DNA from: a virus
DNA length: 64,000 nt
IMG/VR virus record: IMGVR_UViG_3300049855_000345
Coordinates: 3,534 to 67,533 of that record
Reading direction: 5' to 3' (one strand)
The notes below the pieces were generated by a model, which was not told the DNA's origin, made no database searches, and saw only the letters and a list, made by a program, of their open reading frames with translations. This document shows, piece by piece, positions 54,085 through 62,569 of this stretch; the stretch's first letter is position 1, and each line of letters starts with the position of its first letter. Position numbers and translations under genes: made by a program.

Positions 54085-54915
54085 TCACTCGCCGTCTTTG
54101 CGTGCAGGACTCTTTTCGTTGGGTGTATTGGGAACAGTGGCGCCTAGGCCATACTCTTCTTGCGAGAGCTTGTCAGTAAGCTGCTTTGCAAAGGAAGCGT
54201 CACCGTAAGCCTTAGTGAAGTAATCTGCCAATATGTTCTTTTCCGAAGACACAGACTTCGAGGAGCGCTCTACCACCTGGAGAATCGCTTGACGATCTAC
54301 AGAAACCGAGGCACCATTCGCGCGGATCGTGGCTTTCGCGTCGCTTATGCTTGTAACTTCACCCATCTGAACTACATTCTGGGGAGACATAAATTTGACA
54401 GTATCTCCGGCCATGGCAATAGGCGCCGCAGTCTTGATTTTGTCAAAACGAGCTTCTTTTTTGCTAGTACGTGACTTACGAGCTTCCACAATCTCGGCTA
54501 CGTTTTCATCGGCCTGACGAGTAAGGTACTTCACAGAACCTGTATCCACCACATGCCATAGATATTTGGTGTTTTCGTCCATGAACGCGTTAGCAGACAC
54601 GCGCACCATGTCGTTGATATCACCGAGAGGGCGGGTAGGTGTGTTTAGTGTAGCTAGTACGCTGATCGCACATTCCGCATCATGACGCTGCGCCGAAGTG
54701 GCCTGCGCCACTACTTTGTTGCCGAACTCGTGTAGGAAGAAGCTTTCTAGGTGGCGCATGGTGGGAACACCAGCGCTCCTATTACTGTAACCTACAAGGA
54801 CGCGGCACTTTGTATTATCAATACGGAGTACGTCGGCTACGTACATATCGCTGCGGGTGGGAAGTCCTGCGCTGGCGGTCTTCGCCGCAAGTCGATCTAG
54901 AATCCGATCTTTCAT
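54085..54915 (-). CDS. hypothetical protein (probably highly expressed or virion-associated)
   Basis: Strong AGGAG SD; own terminator. Confidence 0.7.
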   Translation of the reverse strand: MKDRILDRLAAKTASAGLPTRSDMYVADVLRIDNTKCRVLVGYSNRSAGVPTMRHLESFFLHEFGNKVVAQATSAQRHDAECAISVLATLNTPTRPLGDINDMVRVSANAFMDENTKYLWHVVDTGSVKYLTRQADENVAEIVEARKSRTSKKEARFDKIKTAAPIAMAGDTVKFMSPQNVVQMGEVTSISDAKATIRANGASVSVDRQAILQVVERSSKSVSSEKNILADYFTKAYGDASFAKQLTDKLSQEEYGLGATVPNTPNEKSPARKDGE

Positions 54916-55029
54916 GTTGTTCTCCTATGCTCAGTACGGCGCGAGTCGCCTTAACTAGGTAAATAGACAGAGGGTTAGGTAACCTCTCTACTATATAACA
55001 TTCGGTTTCGATTGTTGTAAAAGGGGTCT

Positions 55030-55815
55030 ATGTCTTCAAAATATGCTTTGCCTGTAATTAACTCAAAGTCCCCCGGTACGGAAACTACTTGTATTATTCA
55101 CGGGGAGCCTATAGTGACAGGCTGCTCCCTTTCCGAGTGTGCTTTGCATACCACGTATCCCGGTGTCAAAAACTGTATTCTTGTATACATGAGTAAGCAC
55201 AAAGTGGATACTTTGGGGACACTGGATCTGAGCATGCTGCTTAGCATTCCTCATACATCCATTAAAGAGGATACAGATCGTGCGCTATCGCTACTTCGCC
55301 AGGAGTCGGTAGAAACTACCTCCGGCTATGAGATTGACCCCAACTTTGTTGTTCTCTCGGGTCTGCCTGTTTGTTCTGTTTGCGAGTTGCCGCTGTCCGG
55401 TGCTGCTTTCCATGAGGATATGGATTTCAAATACTGTAGTTCTTCCTGTTTGTCTGCTAAGCCTTTGCCTGTGCTGGCTTTAGAGGCTTCTTGTGGTGTG
55501 GACGTGCGTGATGTGCTGGCTTGGGCTGCTAATAAATATATTACTGTAGATACTTTTCAGGAAGCGTTAGACCTTCCTCCTAAGTTGCTGGAGGAGTTGG
55601 TTCGTAGATATTTCAATCTCTCTGTGGCCGATCTATATTCGCAACTGTCGCATAGCGCTCCTGCTGCGCTCGGTAAGCGTGTTGGTAGGGCTCCTGCTTG
55701 GTTATCCGCTTTTTCTGATATAACTGCTATTGTGCAAGAAAAAATGGTTGACAAGTACGGGAGTATTACAGTAGATTTGTCGGCGCTTCGTCAGGAATTT
55801 GATAACTTGATTTAA
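55030..55815 (+). CDS. Cys-rich zinc-finger protein
   Basis: C..H, CSVC...YCSSSC motifs; divergent lone + strand gene. Confidence 0.65.
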   Translation: MSSKYALPVINSKSPGTETTCIIHGEPIVTGCSLSECALHTTYPGVKNCILVYMSKHKVDTLGTLDLSMLLSIPHTSIKEDTDRALSLLRQESVETTSGYEIDPNFVVLSGLPVCSVCELPLSGAAFHEDMDFKYCSSSCLSAKPLPVLALEASCGVDVRDVLAWAANKYITVDTFQEALDLPPKLLEELVRRYFNLSVADLYSQLSHSAPAALGKRVGRAPAWLSAFSDITAIVQEKMVDKYGSITVDLSALRQEFDNLI

Positions 55816-55819
55816 AGAC

Positions 55820-55847
55820 GAAGAGCCCGCTTTTGAACGGGCTCTTC
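55820..55847. terminator. hairpin between convergent transcription units
   Basis: GAAGAGCCCG/CGGGCTCTTC stem. Confidence 0.75.
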
Positions 55848-55855
55848 ATAATTTC

Positions 55856-56110
55856 TGCAGGGAAAACGAAATCAGCTCTGCTGAACCTCCGGTAAGGGGT
55901 GGATATTACATTCTGAACCGCGTTGCTTCATGTGGTTTCCCTCCTAGACCCGAAGGTCTCGCCCTTAGAACCAGGAAAACCTGGTTTGCCAGGCGTTTCG
56001 TAACAGGTGCCGTAGCACCAGTTTTACAGTAGGGACCCGTCAGGTCAGCACCATTGCCTATCCTACTGCGAAAAGCTGGACCCGCTATCTTGCGATTACC
56101 GGCCCGATAC
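55856..56110 (-). ncRNA. candidate structured RNA or leader with a 19-codon ORF
   Basis: Hairpins capped by GCAA, UACG and UUCG tetraloops on the minus strand. Confidence 0.5.
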
Positions 56111-56115
56111 TCCTT

Positions 56116-56427
56116 CTACAACTTGGTAGATGAGCTAACTTTACGAATGATCTCTGACGCTTTTGTAACGTCTTCGACCTCAAACTTCTCGTCACCTGCC
56201 CCAGGTTGACGAGCTATCATGACTCTTTGTTCTTTTTCACCGTGCACACGTAGCTCGTATCCAGCTGTCACCCTTTTCAAGTAAAAGTCGTGACCACTGA
56301 TCTCGAACGCAATTTCCCCAAGTCCTATCGTGAAAACTTCATTCGGTTTTCGCATACCAGCAGAGACTAATGCTTGTATAATAGGTTCGCTAGGCTTCTT
56401 AGGAAACTGAAGTATTTTAGCGTTCAT
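56116..56427 (-). CDS. hypothetical protein
   Basis: ATGA overlap. Confidence 0.6.
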   Translation of the reverse strand: MNAKILQFPKKPSEPIIQALVSAGMRKPNEVFTIGLGEIAFEISGHDFYLKRVTAGYELRVHGEKEQRVMIARQPGAGDEKFEVEDVTKASEIIRKVSSSTKL

Positions 56428-56708
56428 GACTTTCTTAAGAAACTCAGCAGAATGCGTCGATGTTCCGAAATTTTTTCGTTCTCGACGCTTTCTAGATCGG
56501 AATAGTAGGTTTCTGATTCTGCAAGATGTTCGATAGCAATTCTGGCCGCATCCATAATATCAGATGTGTGTTCGAACTCGACTTCTACGCCTTTGCGGAA
56601 CTCTTCTATTGGGAATCTATCCCAATCTAGCCCAAGGCGGTCGCCGATCTGTTTGGCTTCCTCCTTGGTCACGGTCCAGGCCGCATATTCTTTATTGAAG
56701 TCTGTCAT
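56424..56708 (-). CDS. DUF5661-like protein
   Basis: KGVEVEFEHT....A..IA.EHL.E...YY..L. Confidence 0.75.
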   Translation of the reverse strand: MTDFNKEYAAWTVTKEEAKQIGDRLGLDWDRFPIEEFRKGVEVEFEHTSDIMDAARIAIEHLAESETYYSDLESVENEKISEHRRILLSFLRKS

Positions 56709-57199
56709 TTAATACACCATCTCTCGTAACCATACTTTGCGATGCACGCTGCGTCTACCTGGTGAATTTCCTCGAAACGAGCCTCATCTTCCGGGAACAG
56801 GTCCCATGTACCGTTTTTGAGTTTTCTGACTTTGTAGAAGTTTTTCCACTGGGAGGACGAGATTTGATACAAATCCTGGCCAATATACAGTTTAGTAATA
56901 ACAGCTAGCCTGCCTAACATTTGGCTTATCAGCTCGGTCTGGACACTTTGCATACCACGAAACATGTAACGTTCGGCAATCACAGCGTCAGGCTTTAGTT
57001 CCAGAAGTAGTTCTATGCAGTTGTTCAGGAAACAAGAGTCGTCCGTTACATTATCCTGGGAATCCACCCAGCCCGTGCGCTCTAGTTTGCCGTCTACTAG
57101 GAAAGAAAACGCAAAGTTTCTGGTACCAGGATCTAGTCCGAGAACTCGACTTGGTCGTATTCCTTTGCTTTTTCCTGGTTTCTTCTTTCCTCTTCCCAC
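56705..57199 (-). CDS. ruvC: RuvC-like Holliday junction resolvase
   Basis: VLGLDPGTRNFA, IAER, SQWK, HQVDAACIA. Confidence 0.85.
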   Translation of the reverse strand: MGRGKKKPGKSKGIRPSRVLGLDPGTRNFAFSFLVDGKLERTGWVDSQDNVTDDSCFLNNCIELLLELKPDAVIAERYMFRGMQSVQTELISQMLGRLAVITKLYIGQDLYQISSSQWKNFYKVRKLKNGTWDLFPEDEARFEEIHQVDAACIAKYGYERWCIK

Positions 57200-57214
57200 A
57201 TAGTTAAATAACGT

Positions 57215-57511
57215 TCATTCAGGAGCCGTCTCGTATTTCTCTCTTATTTGAGTTTGCTCACACCACGAGTATACGGTATCTTCTCCTTGTGTTTGGTGTA
57301 TGTCGACCATCAAATTTCTGCTACACCTACGGTTGCAGGCAAAGACAGAATCTGTTTCTCGCTCTTTACTGGCTGGCCATACGTATAACCACGACCTAGG
57401 AGGCTCGATGTAGCGAAAAGGCAGATTGTTTCGTTTTTTATTGACGACATTTGCTGCCTTTTCATCACCACACCAGGAACAGCGCACGAACGCTTGCATT
57501 TTATTAGGCAC
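57215..57511 (-). CDS. zinc-binding hypothetical protein
   Basis: CSWC...CNRRC; AGGAG SD. Confidence 0.6.
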   Translation of the reverse strand: MPNKMQAFVRCSWCGDEKAANVVNKKRNNLPFRYIEPPRSWLYVWPASKERETDSVFACNRRCSRNLMVDIHQTQGEDTVYSWCEQTQIREKYETAPE

Positions 57512-57581
57512 AGTGCTCCTTGCTCATTACGGGACTAAGGAGGAACTGAGTCTTTATGATACGATGAAAGTAGGGCTAGCT

Positions 57582-57776
57582 TCAGTAGACTGTAAGCTGT
57601 AGGCTTGTGCGGTAGTTATCCGCAGCTTTCTGGAGGCATTCGCGACATACCTCCTGCTTACCTAGTTTTTGCAGGTCCTCACTGTGGGCTTGCTGCGAGC
57701 AACAGGAGCAGGATTTCGTCTGGTTGTCGGTAACCAACTGCGTGTCGTTTTCCAGATCCAATACGATATATGCCAT
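57582..57776 (-). CDS. small zinc-finger protein
   Basis: CSCC...CREC; AAGGAG SD. Confidence 0.6.
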   Translation of the reverse strand: MAYIVLDLENDTQLVTDNQTKSCSCCSQQAHSEDLQKLGKQEVCRECLQKAADNYRTSLQLTVY

Positions 57777-57825
57777 GATTCTCTCCTTGCTCTACCACTA
57801 GTGTGGTTGATGCACAACGGTAACA

Positions 57826-58125
57826 TTAAGCCTTCAAAGCAGCAATAGCCGAGTTCAATGATTGATGTACTGGTAGGTTTTTGAAGGGTTTTCCAATAGT
57901 TACAGCTTTTCTGTCTGTAGCCATTAACACTTTTACAGCTCTATTTAGTAAAGGGATGTCTGCATCTTTGGCATCACTTAGATCGAAGATGACATTTCCG
58001 AAATGGACCGGGTCTAGTAGGGAAAGCGCACATACCCGGCTCACCACTTGCGCCACTGCTGACGCTTTAGTCATGGCGAAGTAGTGTGTGCCTTCTACTG
58101 TTTTTTCTATGTATGTAGGTTTCAT
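57826..58125 (-). CDS. STAS-like (anti-sigma antagonist-like) protein
   Basis: VIFDLSDA..AD, C-terminal PVHQSLNSAIAAL; ~100 aa. Confidence 0.45.
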   Translation of the reverse strand: MKPTYIEKTVEGTHYFAMTKASAVAQVVSRVCALSLLDPVHFGNVIFDLSDAKDADIPLLNRAVKVLMATDRKAVTIGKPFKNLPVHQSLNSAIAALKA

Positions 58126-58469
58126 GTTGATGTGTACATTGCTCTAATTTGTGTTCCTGTTTGAGCAGACCCACTAAGGGTTACGATTACCATACTACGT
58201 TCCACAAGTGCAGCAATCTCCTGGATCATTCCCCAGTTCCATCGTTTGAAGATCTCTTGGTCGTAGGTTTGTTCGTATTGACTGATCACAAGTCCTCCTT
58301 TAAAGGACGGTTGTGTTCTTGTTGATATTCCCATGGAAGTAGCCGATTCCGGTGGCCTTTCCTGTGGGACGGTGTGGCTTAGATTTTTTACGTGCTGGTA
58401 GTCGCCCACCACAATGACAGATTTGGCTGGGACGTTAGCAGTGTTCAGTTTGATTACGATATCGGCCAT
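58122..58469 (-). CDS. hypothetical (possibly virion) protein
   Basis: AGGAG SD; late-gene cluster. Confidence 0.6.
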   Translation of the reverse strand: MADIVIKLNTANVPAKSVIVVGDYQHVKNLSHTVPQERPPESATSMGISTRTQPSFKGGLVISQYEQTYDQEIFKRWNWGMIQEIAALVERSMVIVTLSGSAQTGTQIRAMYTST

Positions 58470-58481
58470 GACTTACTCCTG

Positions 58482-58898
58482 TTATTCTTTATGCGCTAGT
58501 TTACGCAAGCCACTAATCACTACGGCTACCGTTTGTTGTGTGACCCACTTAACAGCTGGTATTTTGCGTTTAATTTCATACATCTTTTGCGCAGTCATAT
58601 CTCGATACCTGATTACGCCCATGTCCAGGTTGTAGGCGCCTCGAATCGCTATTGCTCCTTGGCTGGCCACATTTTCTGCATCTGTGACAGTGAGGCCCGC
58701 GCGCTCACCTACGTTTTTTATCGCCTGCTCTATATTTTCAGGCCGGGCTCCCAGCTTTTCTAACCGCACCTTGACCTGCATAGCTAACGACAGCAGAAGA
58801 TCTTCCACATCCATAGACCTGTTGTCGTTTTTAGTTGCAACAATAGAAAGTGGAACCGTCTGGTTAGTCGCTACGAATTGTACTACTATATTGCTCAT
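58482..58898 (-). CDS. hypothetical protein
   Basis: ATGA overlap. Confidence 0.6.
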   Translation of the reverse strand: MSNIVVQFVATNQTVPLSIVATKNDNRSMDVEDLLLSLAMQVKVRLEKLGARPENIEQAIKNVGERAGLTVTDAENVASQGAIAIRGAYNLDMGVIRYRDMTAQKMYEIKRKIPAVKWVTQQTVAVVISGLRKLAHKE

Positions 58899-60022
58899 GG
58901 TTGTCTTCTCGGTTTAGCTACGTTACCCAAACCAGGCTCTACTGGGTTCTGGTCCACACTCACGCTATCTATCCGGTTATCAGGTAGTCTCATATGTCCC
59001 GGATTTAGTTTAGAACTTTCCACCAGCTCTTTGTCTGTTTGTGTGGATCTGACAAATTGGGCAGGCAGCATGTCGGTATCTAGTATACCAATAGGTACTT
59101 TGTAGTACGGCTCGAACTCCTGCACTATTCTGCAGGTCAAATCCCAGGATAATGTAATGTTTAGTGGTTTGTTGCTTTCAACTTCCTGAATCTTCCAGCG
59201 TGTATTGTCGTACAAGTTCACAATGAAATCATCGGTAGTGCAGTTCTTTAGTGTATTGTCTAGGAAAAACTGCTGACTGGACCAGTCTTGGTATATTCCA
59301 AGCTCCTCAAGCACCTTGCTCTCCGTTACACGGGGCACGTCAGCCTTCAGCCCAGTAATACGAATTAGCTTGTAAGAAAACCGGATCAATTGGAGTTTCG
59401 GTAGAGCAGCAGAAGGTGTTTTCCTTCTCATTACTATCTTGAAGTGCAGTAAGTTTGTATTGAGTCTCTGTTCTAAAGTTTCTCGCGTCAGTGTCGTAAA
59501 GTCTGTCTCGTCATCAGTTTTTATGTAGTACTGGATTAGTGTACTTGTAGGTTGGTAGTCTCTTATGTCGAACACATCAAGAATACCTGTACTTTTATTC
59601 AGCTGTACTGAGAATTCTATTGTTCCGTATACCGCCGTCTCCACTAGTGACCAGTATATAGGACGTGTGGCTGTGCCGTATTCAGGTTGTACGTTTACGG
59701 TTGCTACGTTCTGATATGTTACGTCGAATACCTCTGTTTTCGTACCGCGTTTGGTGTAACCTCCGACAATACTAGTACCGAAGCAGCACGGACAGGTGCC
59801 CGCAGGATCCGTCTCTACAGTGAAGCAAGAGCATCGTCGGCCTGTTTTGAGGCGCTGGAAGTATTCTATATAGACGGGAACGCTGTTAAGTGCGTTTCGT
59901 GACTTCTGCGCAATCATAGGCAGAAACTCTTCGCGGGCACGGCGTTGCACGAGGTCTTCCAGGATATCGGTATCCGTGGTAACCCGGTCCATGTCCGGTG
60001 GTCTATATCCTTTAACAGGCAT
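58895..60022 (-). CDS. putative head-completion/neck protein
   Basis: RCSC...CPCCFGT...GGY motif typical of large-phage head-closure proteins; D.I......RW.I. Confidence 0.55.
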   Translation of the reverse strand: MPVKGYRPPDMDRVTTDTDILEDLVQRRAREEFLPMIAQKSRNALNSVPVYIEYFQRLKTGRRCSCFTVETDPAGTCPCCFGTSIVGGYTKRGTKTEVFDVTYQNVATVNVQPEYGTATRPIYWSLVETAVYGTIEFSVQLNKSTGILDVFDIRDYQPTSTLIQYYIKTDDETDFTTLTRETLEQRLNTNLLHFKIVMRRKTPSAALPKLQLIRFSYKLIRITGLKADVPRVTESKVLEELGIYQDWSSQQFFLDNTLKNCTTDDFIVNLYDNTRWKIQEVESNKPLNITLSWDLTCRIVQEFEPYYKVPIGILDTDMLPAQFVRSTQTDKELVESSKLNPGHMRLPDNRIDSVSVDQNPVEPGLGNVAKPRRQP

Positions 60023-60090
60023 CTGCTATTAAATAAGGAGTGTAGGGAGATCTCTTATTACTATATCTCAGCAGGCTAGGTTATTTAATT

Positions 60091-61221
60091 GTGATGGCTG
60101 TAACTCCGCAAAAAGTAGTTCGTGGTGTAAGTGCTCTATTTGAGCAGCTTTTTCTTGACGAGGACCATAATCCTTTGGTTCCTCTGGACCCTGCGCAGTA
60201 CCCTACAATTAGTATTGTATCCCCCTCCGAGGAAATAATACAACAGGCCGTAGCTACTCCTATGGGTGACGGGCGCTATCGCTATGTCTGGTTTGTGCCT
60301 GCAGATTCCGAGCTGTCTTCTAATGCCACCACCTGGCGTATAGAGTGGATGATGTTGACGACGGCAGGCCGTCAAGTATCGATGACGCAGTATTTTAACG
60401 TCATCGATAACGTCATCGCAACTTCGGAAGAGCGTGCTTACACAAACCTCACGATGGAGAATACTTCGGAGCGTCTTTTTCTACGTATGAGTCGTGAGCC
60501 ATCTTCTATTTCTGTGGTTCTTATGAACCATGGAGGAATCTCTGAATCCTATACCCCACTCAAAGTGGTTATGGATGGTTATACAACGTATTACGCTGAT
60601 ACATCGGAACTACAAGTAGGTCAGTATATTGCTACTTGGACGGTTCGTGAGACGCCTGTATCCCCTGCGCAGCACTTTGTGCAGCAGATCCGCGTCCCAG
60701 AAACGCAGTTTTGGTTCTTTCAGCCTTCTCTTCGTATGCTAATTGACAAAGTACAGAAGAAAGAAGGACACGTTCAGGCGTACAGCGACTCCGATATCTA
60801 TGAGTATTTCCTTCGCGGTTTTGATATTGTCAACCAAGCAAACCCAATTTCTAGTTGGAACTTCCGTATGATGCCTCTGATCGGAGGTGTTGATGCTTTC
60901 GTGATCGCGGCAGCGGCTTGGTGGGCTCTTCAGGCTCAGTACCTGGCAGAAGCGGAGCTGAAATTCGACTTCTCAGGTCAGACTATTACTCTAGGTGCCG
61001 ACCGTACAGGAGCCTACGCCGACGCTATTTCTCGTTTAGGTGAGTATCTTCGCACGGAGTTACCTAAGACAAAGCGCAACATTTTGCGTCGTACCAGTGT
61101 TGGCTCTTTGGCTACACGACCCTACGATTACGGTCTGACTAGCGTAGTGGTCCCTGTCTTCCGGAGTACTGCAGGAACAAGCCAAATTCTACCACTTCTT
61201 TCGCGTATCGGTTTGCTGTAA
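60091..61221 (+). CDS. putative virion neck/adaptor protein
   Basis: N-terminal Ig-like G.Y.Y.W.VP segment; helical C-terminal LR..I.K...YSD..I..Y...N. Confidence 0.55.
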   Translation: MMAVTPQKVVRGVSALFEQLFLDEDHNPLVPLDPAQYPTISIVSPSEEIIQQAVATPMGDGRYRYVWFVPADSELSSNATTWRIEWMMLTTAGRQVSMTQYFNVIDNVIATSEERAYTNLTMENTSERLFLRMSREPSSISVVLMNHGGISESYTPLKVVMDGYTTYYADTSELQVGQYIATWTVRETPVSPAQHFVQQIRVPETQFWFFQPSLRMLIDKVQKKEGHVQAYSDSDIYEYFLRGFDIVNQANPISSWNFRMMPLIGGVDAFVIAAAAWWALQAQYLAEAELKFDFSGQTITLGADRTGAYADAISRLGEYLRTELPKTKRNILRRTSVGSLATRPYDYGLTSVVVPVFRSTAGTSQILPLLSRIGLL

Positions 61222-61305
61222 ACCTCGTTATATGATTACATCGAGTCTGCCTGGTAGAACAGGTACACTGTAATCAGCTTTTGACATCTTTGCGAGGTTA
61301 CACAC

Positions 61306-61746
61306 ATGGTTATTACTGTAACAAATATCACTTCGGCTTCTATACCCGTTGGCAACCGTATCGGGATGCTAGCTCCTAATGCTGCTCGCACACTTGAGCT
61401 TACTTCTTCACAGGCTGAGGATCTTCGCCCTGTTCTTGTGCGTCTTGCTTCCGCTGGTATGATTTCCTGGTCTGTGGCTTCCAATACGGACACGTCTGAT
61501 GATGGTGTGGAATTTCTATCTAAACAGCAGCTTGAAGATGGCACACTTGCGGCAGATCTAGCAAGTTTGACGGTAGCTTCCCCTGTTGTCCTTGGTTCTG
61601 TGCGTCTTTTTTCTGGCACCGGTTCTCCTGAGGGATCTGTAGCTGCCCCTGTCGGTAGCCTTTATCTACGATCTAATGGAGGCGCTGGCACTACTTTTTA
61701 CGTGAAGGAATCCGGCACCGGTAATACTGGTTGGGTAGCTAAGTAA
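61306..61746 (+). CDS. virion fibre/decoration-like protein
   Basis: C-terminal GTGSPEGSVAAPVGSLYLR..GGAGTTFYVKESGTGNTGWVAK, typical of phage fibres. Confidence 0.7.
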   Translation: MVITVTNITSASIPVGNRIGMLAPNAARTLELTSSQAEDLRPVLVRLASAGMISWSVASNTDTSDDGVEFLSKQQLEDGTLAADLASLTVASPVVLGSVRLFSGTGSPEGSVAAPVGSLYLRSNGGAGTTFYVKESGTGNTGWVAK

Positions 61747-61801
61747 GTCTTGATTTTAGGCTTTACTATTTTACTTATCTACCCTAACTAGGCCAAATGC
61801 T

Positions 61802-62551
61802 GTGAAAGTAACGTTATCCAATAGAACGGTTAGTGATATACCGTTTGCTCATGGTATACCTACGTTGGGTCGTCGCGAGACAAAAGACATCGACATAACT
61901 ACTGCTGTTTTTGAAGCAATAAAACCGCACCTGGATGTGCTGGTTGCCAAAAACTTGATTAGCTATGTGGTCTACTCAGAGTCTCCCCCTGACCTTGGTA
62001 AGAAAAGTTCGCCAGAGCCTACGCCTCAGTATGGGCAGCTTCAGCAGGATATGCACGGAGTCAAACAGTCTGTGGCTGATATCTCTGCCAAACATGCTGA
62101 ATCCGTTGAGGAGCTTGCCGGTCAGGTTGACGCGTTAACTCAAAAAATTGATATTTTGCGGCAAGCTATTAATGTAGAGCCAACACCTTTTGTATTTAGA
62201 TCTGAAGCTTCTAATGTGGTGGCACAGTCTGCGCAGTCCTACAATCCTGTTTCTGGTATTCAACTTTCAGTGCCGACTGCTGGACGTTGGCTTGTTTTAG
62301 GTGAGATAGGCTTGTTTAGCCCAATCCCCTCAAAAGGCAAAATATGTCTTGGTCGTTTGGGCGGTGGTTTTATGGACACTGTTCTAGAGGGTTCAGAGCG
62401 TATTTGGTCTAGGACGCAAGAAGATCCTTCGACGGTGTTTATCACAGCTTCCGCCATGTTTGCTGCAGGAGACACCTTGGGAATTTACTGGAAATCTACA
62501 GAGGGTGTGTTGCGAGCAACCTATCGTTCCTTGACTATAATTCGATTTTGA
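61802..62551 (+). CDS. virion fibre-like protein (coiled coil plus C1q/BclA-like tip)
   Basis: Shared N-terminal domain, heptads, beta-rich tip with VP.AG.W and AGD.L. Confidence 0.6.
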   Translation: MKVTLSNRTVSDIPFAHGIPTLGRRETKDIDITTAVFEAIKPHLDVLVAKNLISYVVYSESPPDLGKKSSPEPTPQYGQLQQDMHGVKQSVADISAKHAESVEELAGQVDALTQKIDILRQAINVEPTPFVFRSEASNVVAQSAQSYNPVSGIQLSVPTAGRWLVLGEIGLFSPIPSKGKICLGRLGGGFMDTVLEGSERIWSRTQEDPSTVFITASAMFAAGDTLGIYWKSTEGVLRATYRSLTIIRF

Positions 62552-62569
62552 CTATGAGTTGCGTAGATC

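Noticed and set aside
55980-56050. Hammerhead ribozyme (CTGACG...CGAAAC)
   Set aside because: The core reads CTGACGG rather than CUGANGA, and I could not build stems I-III.
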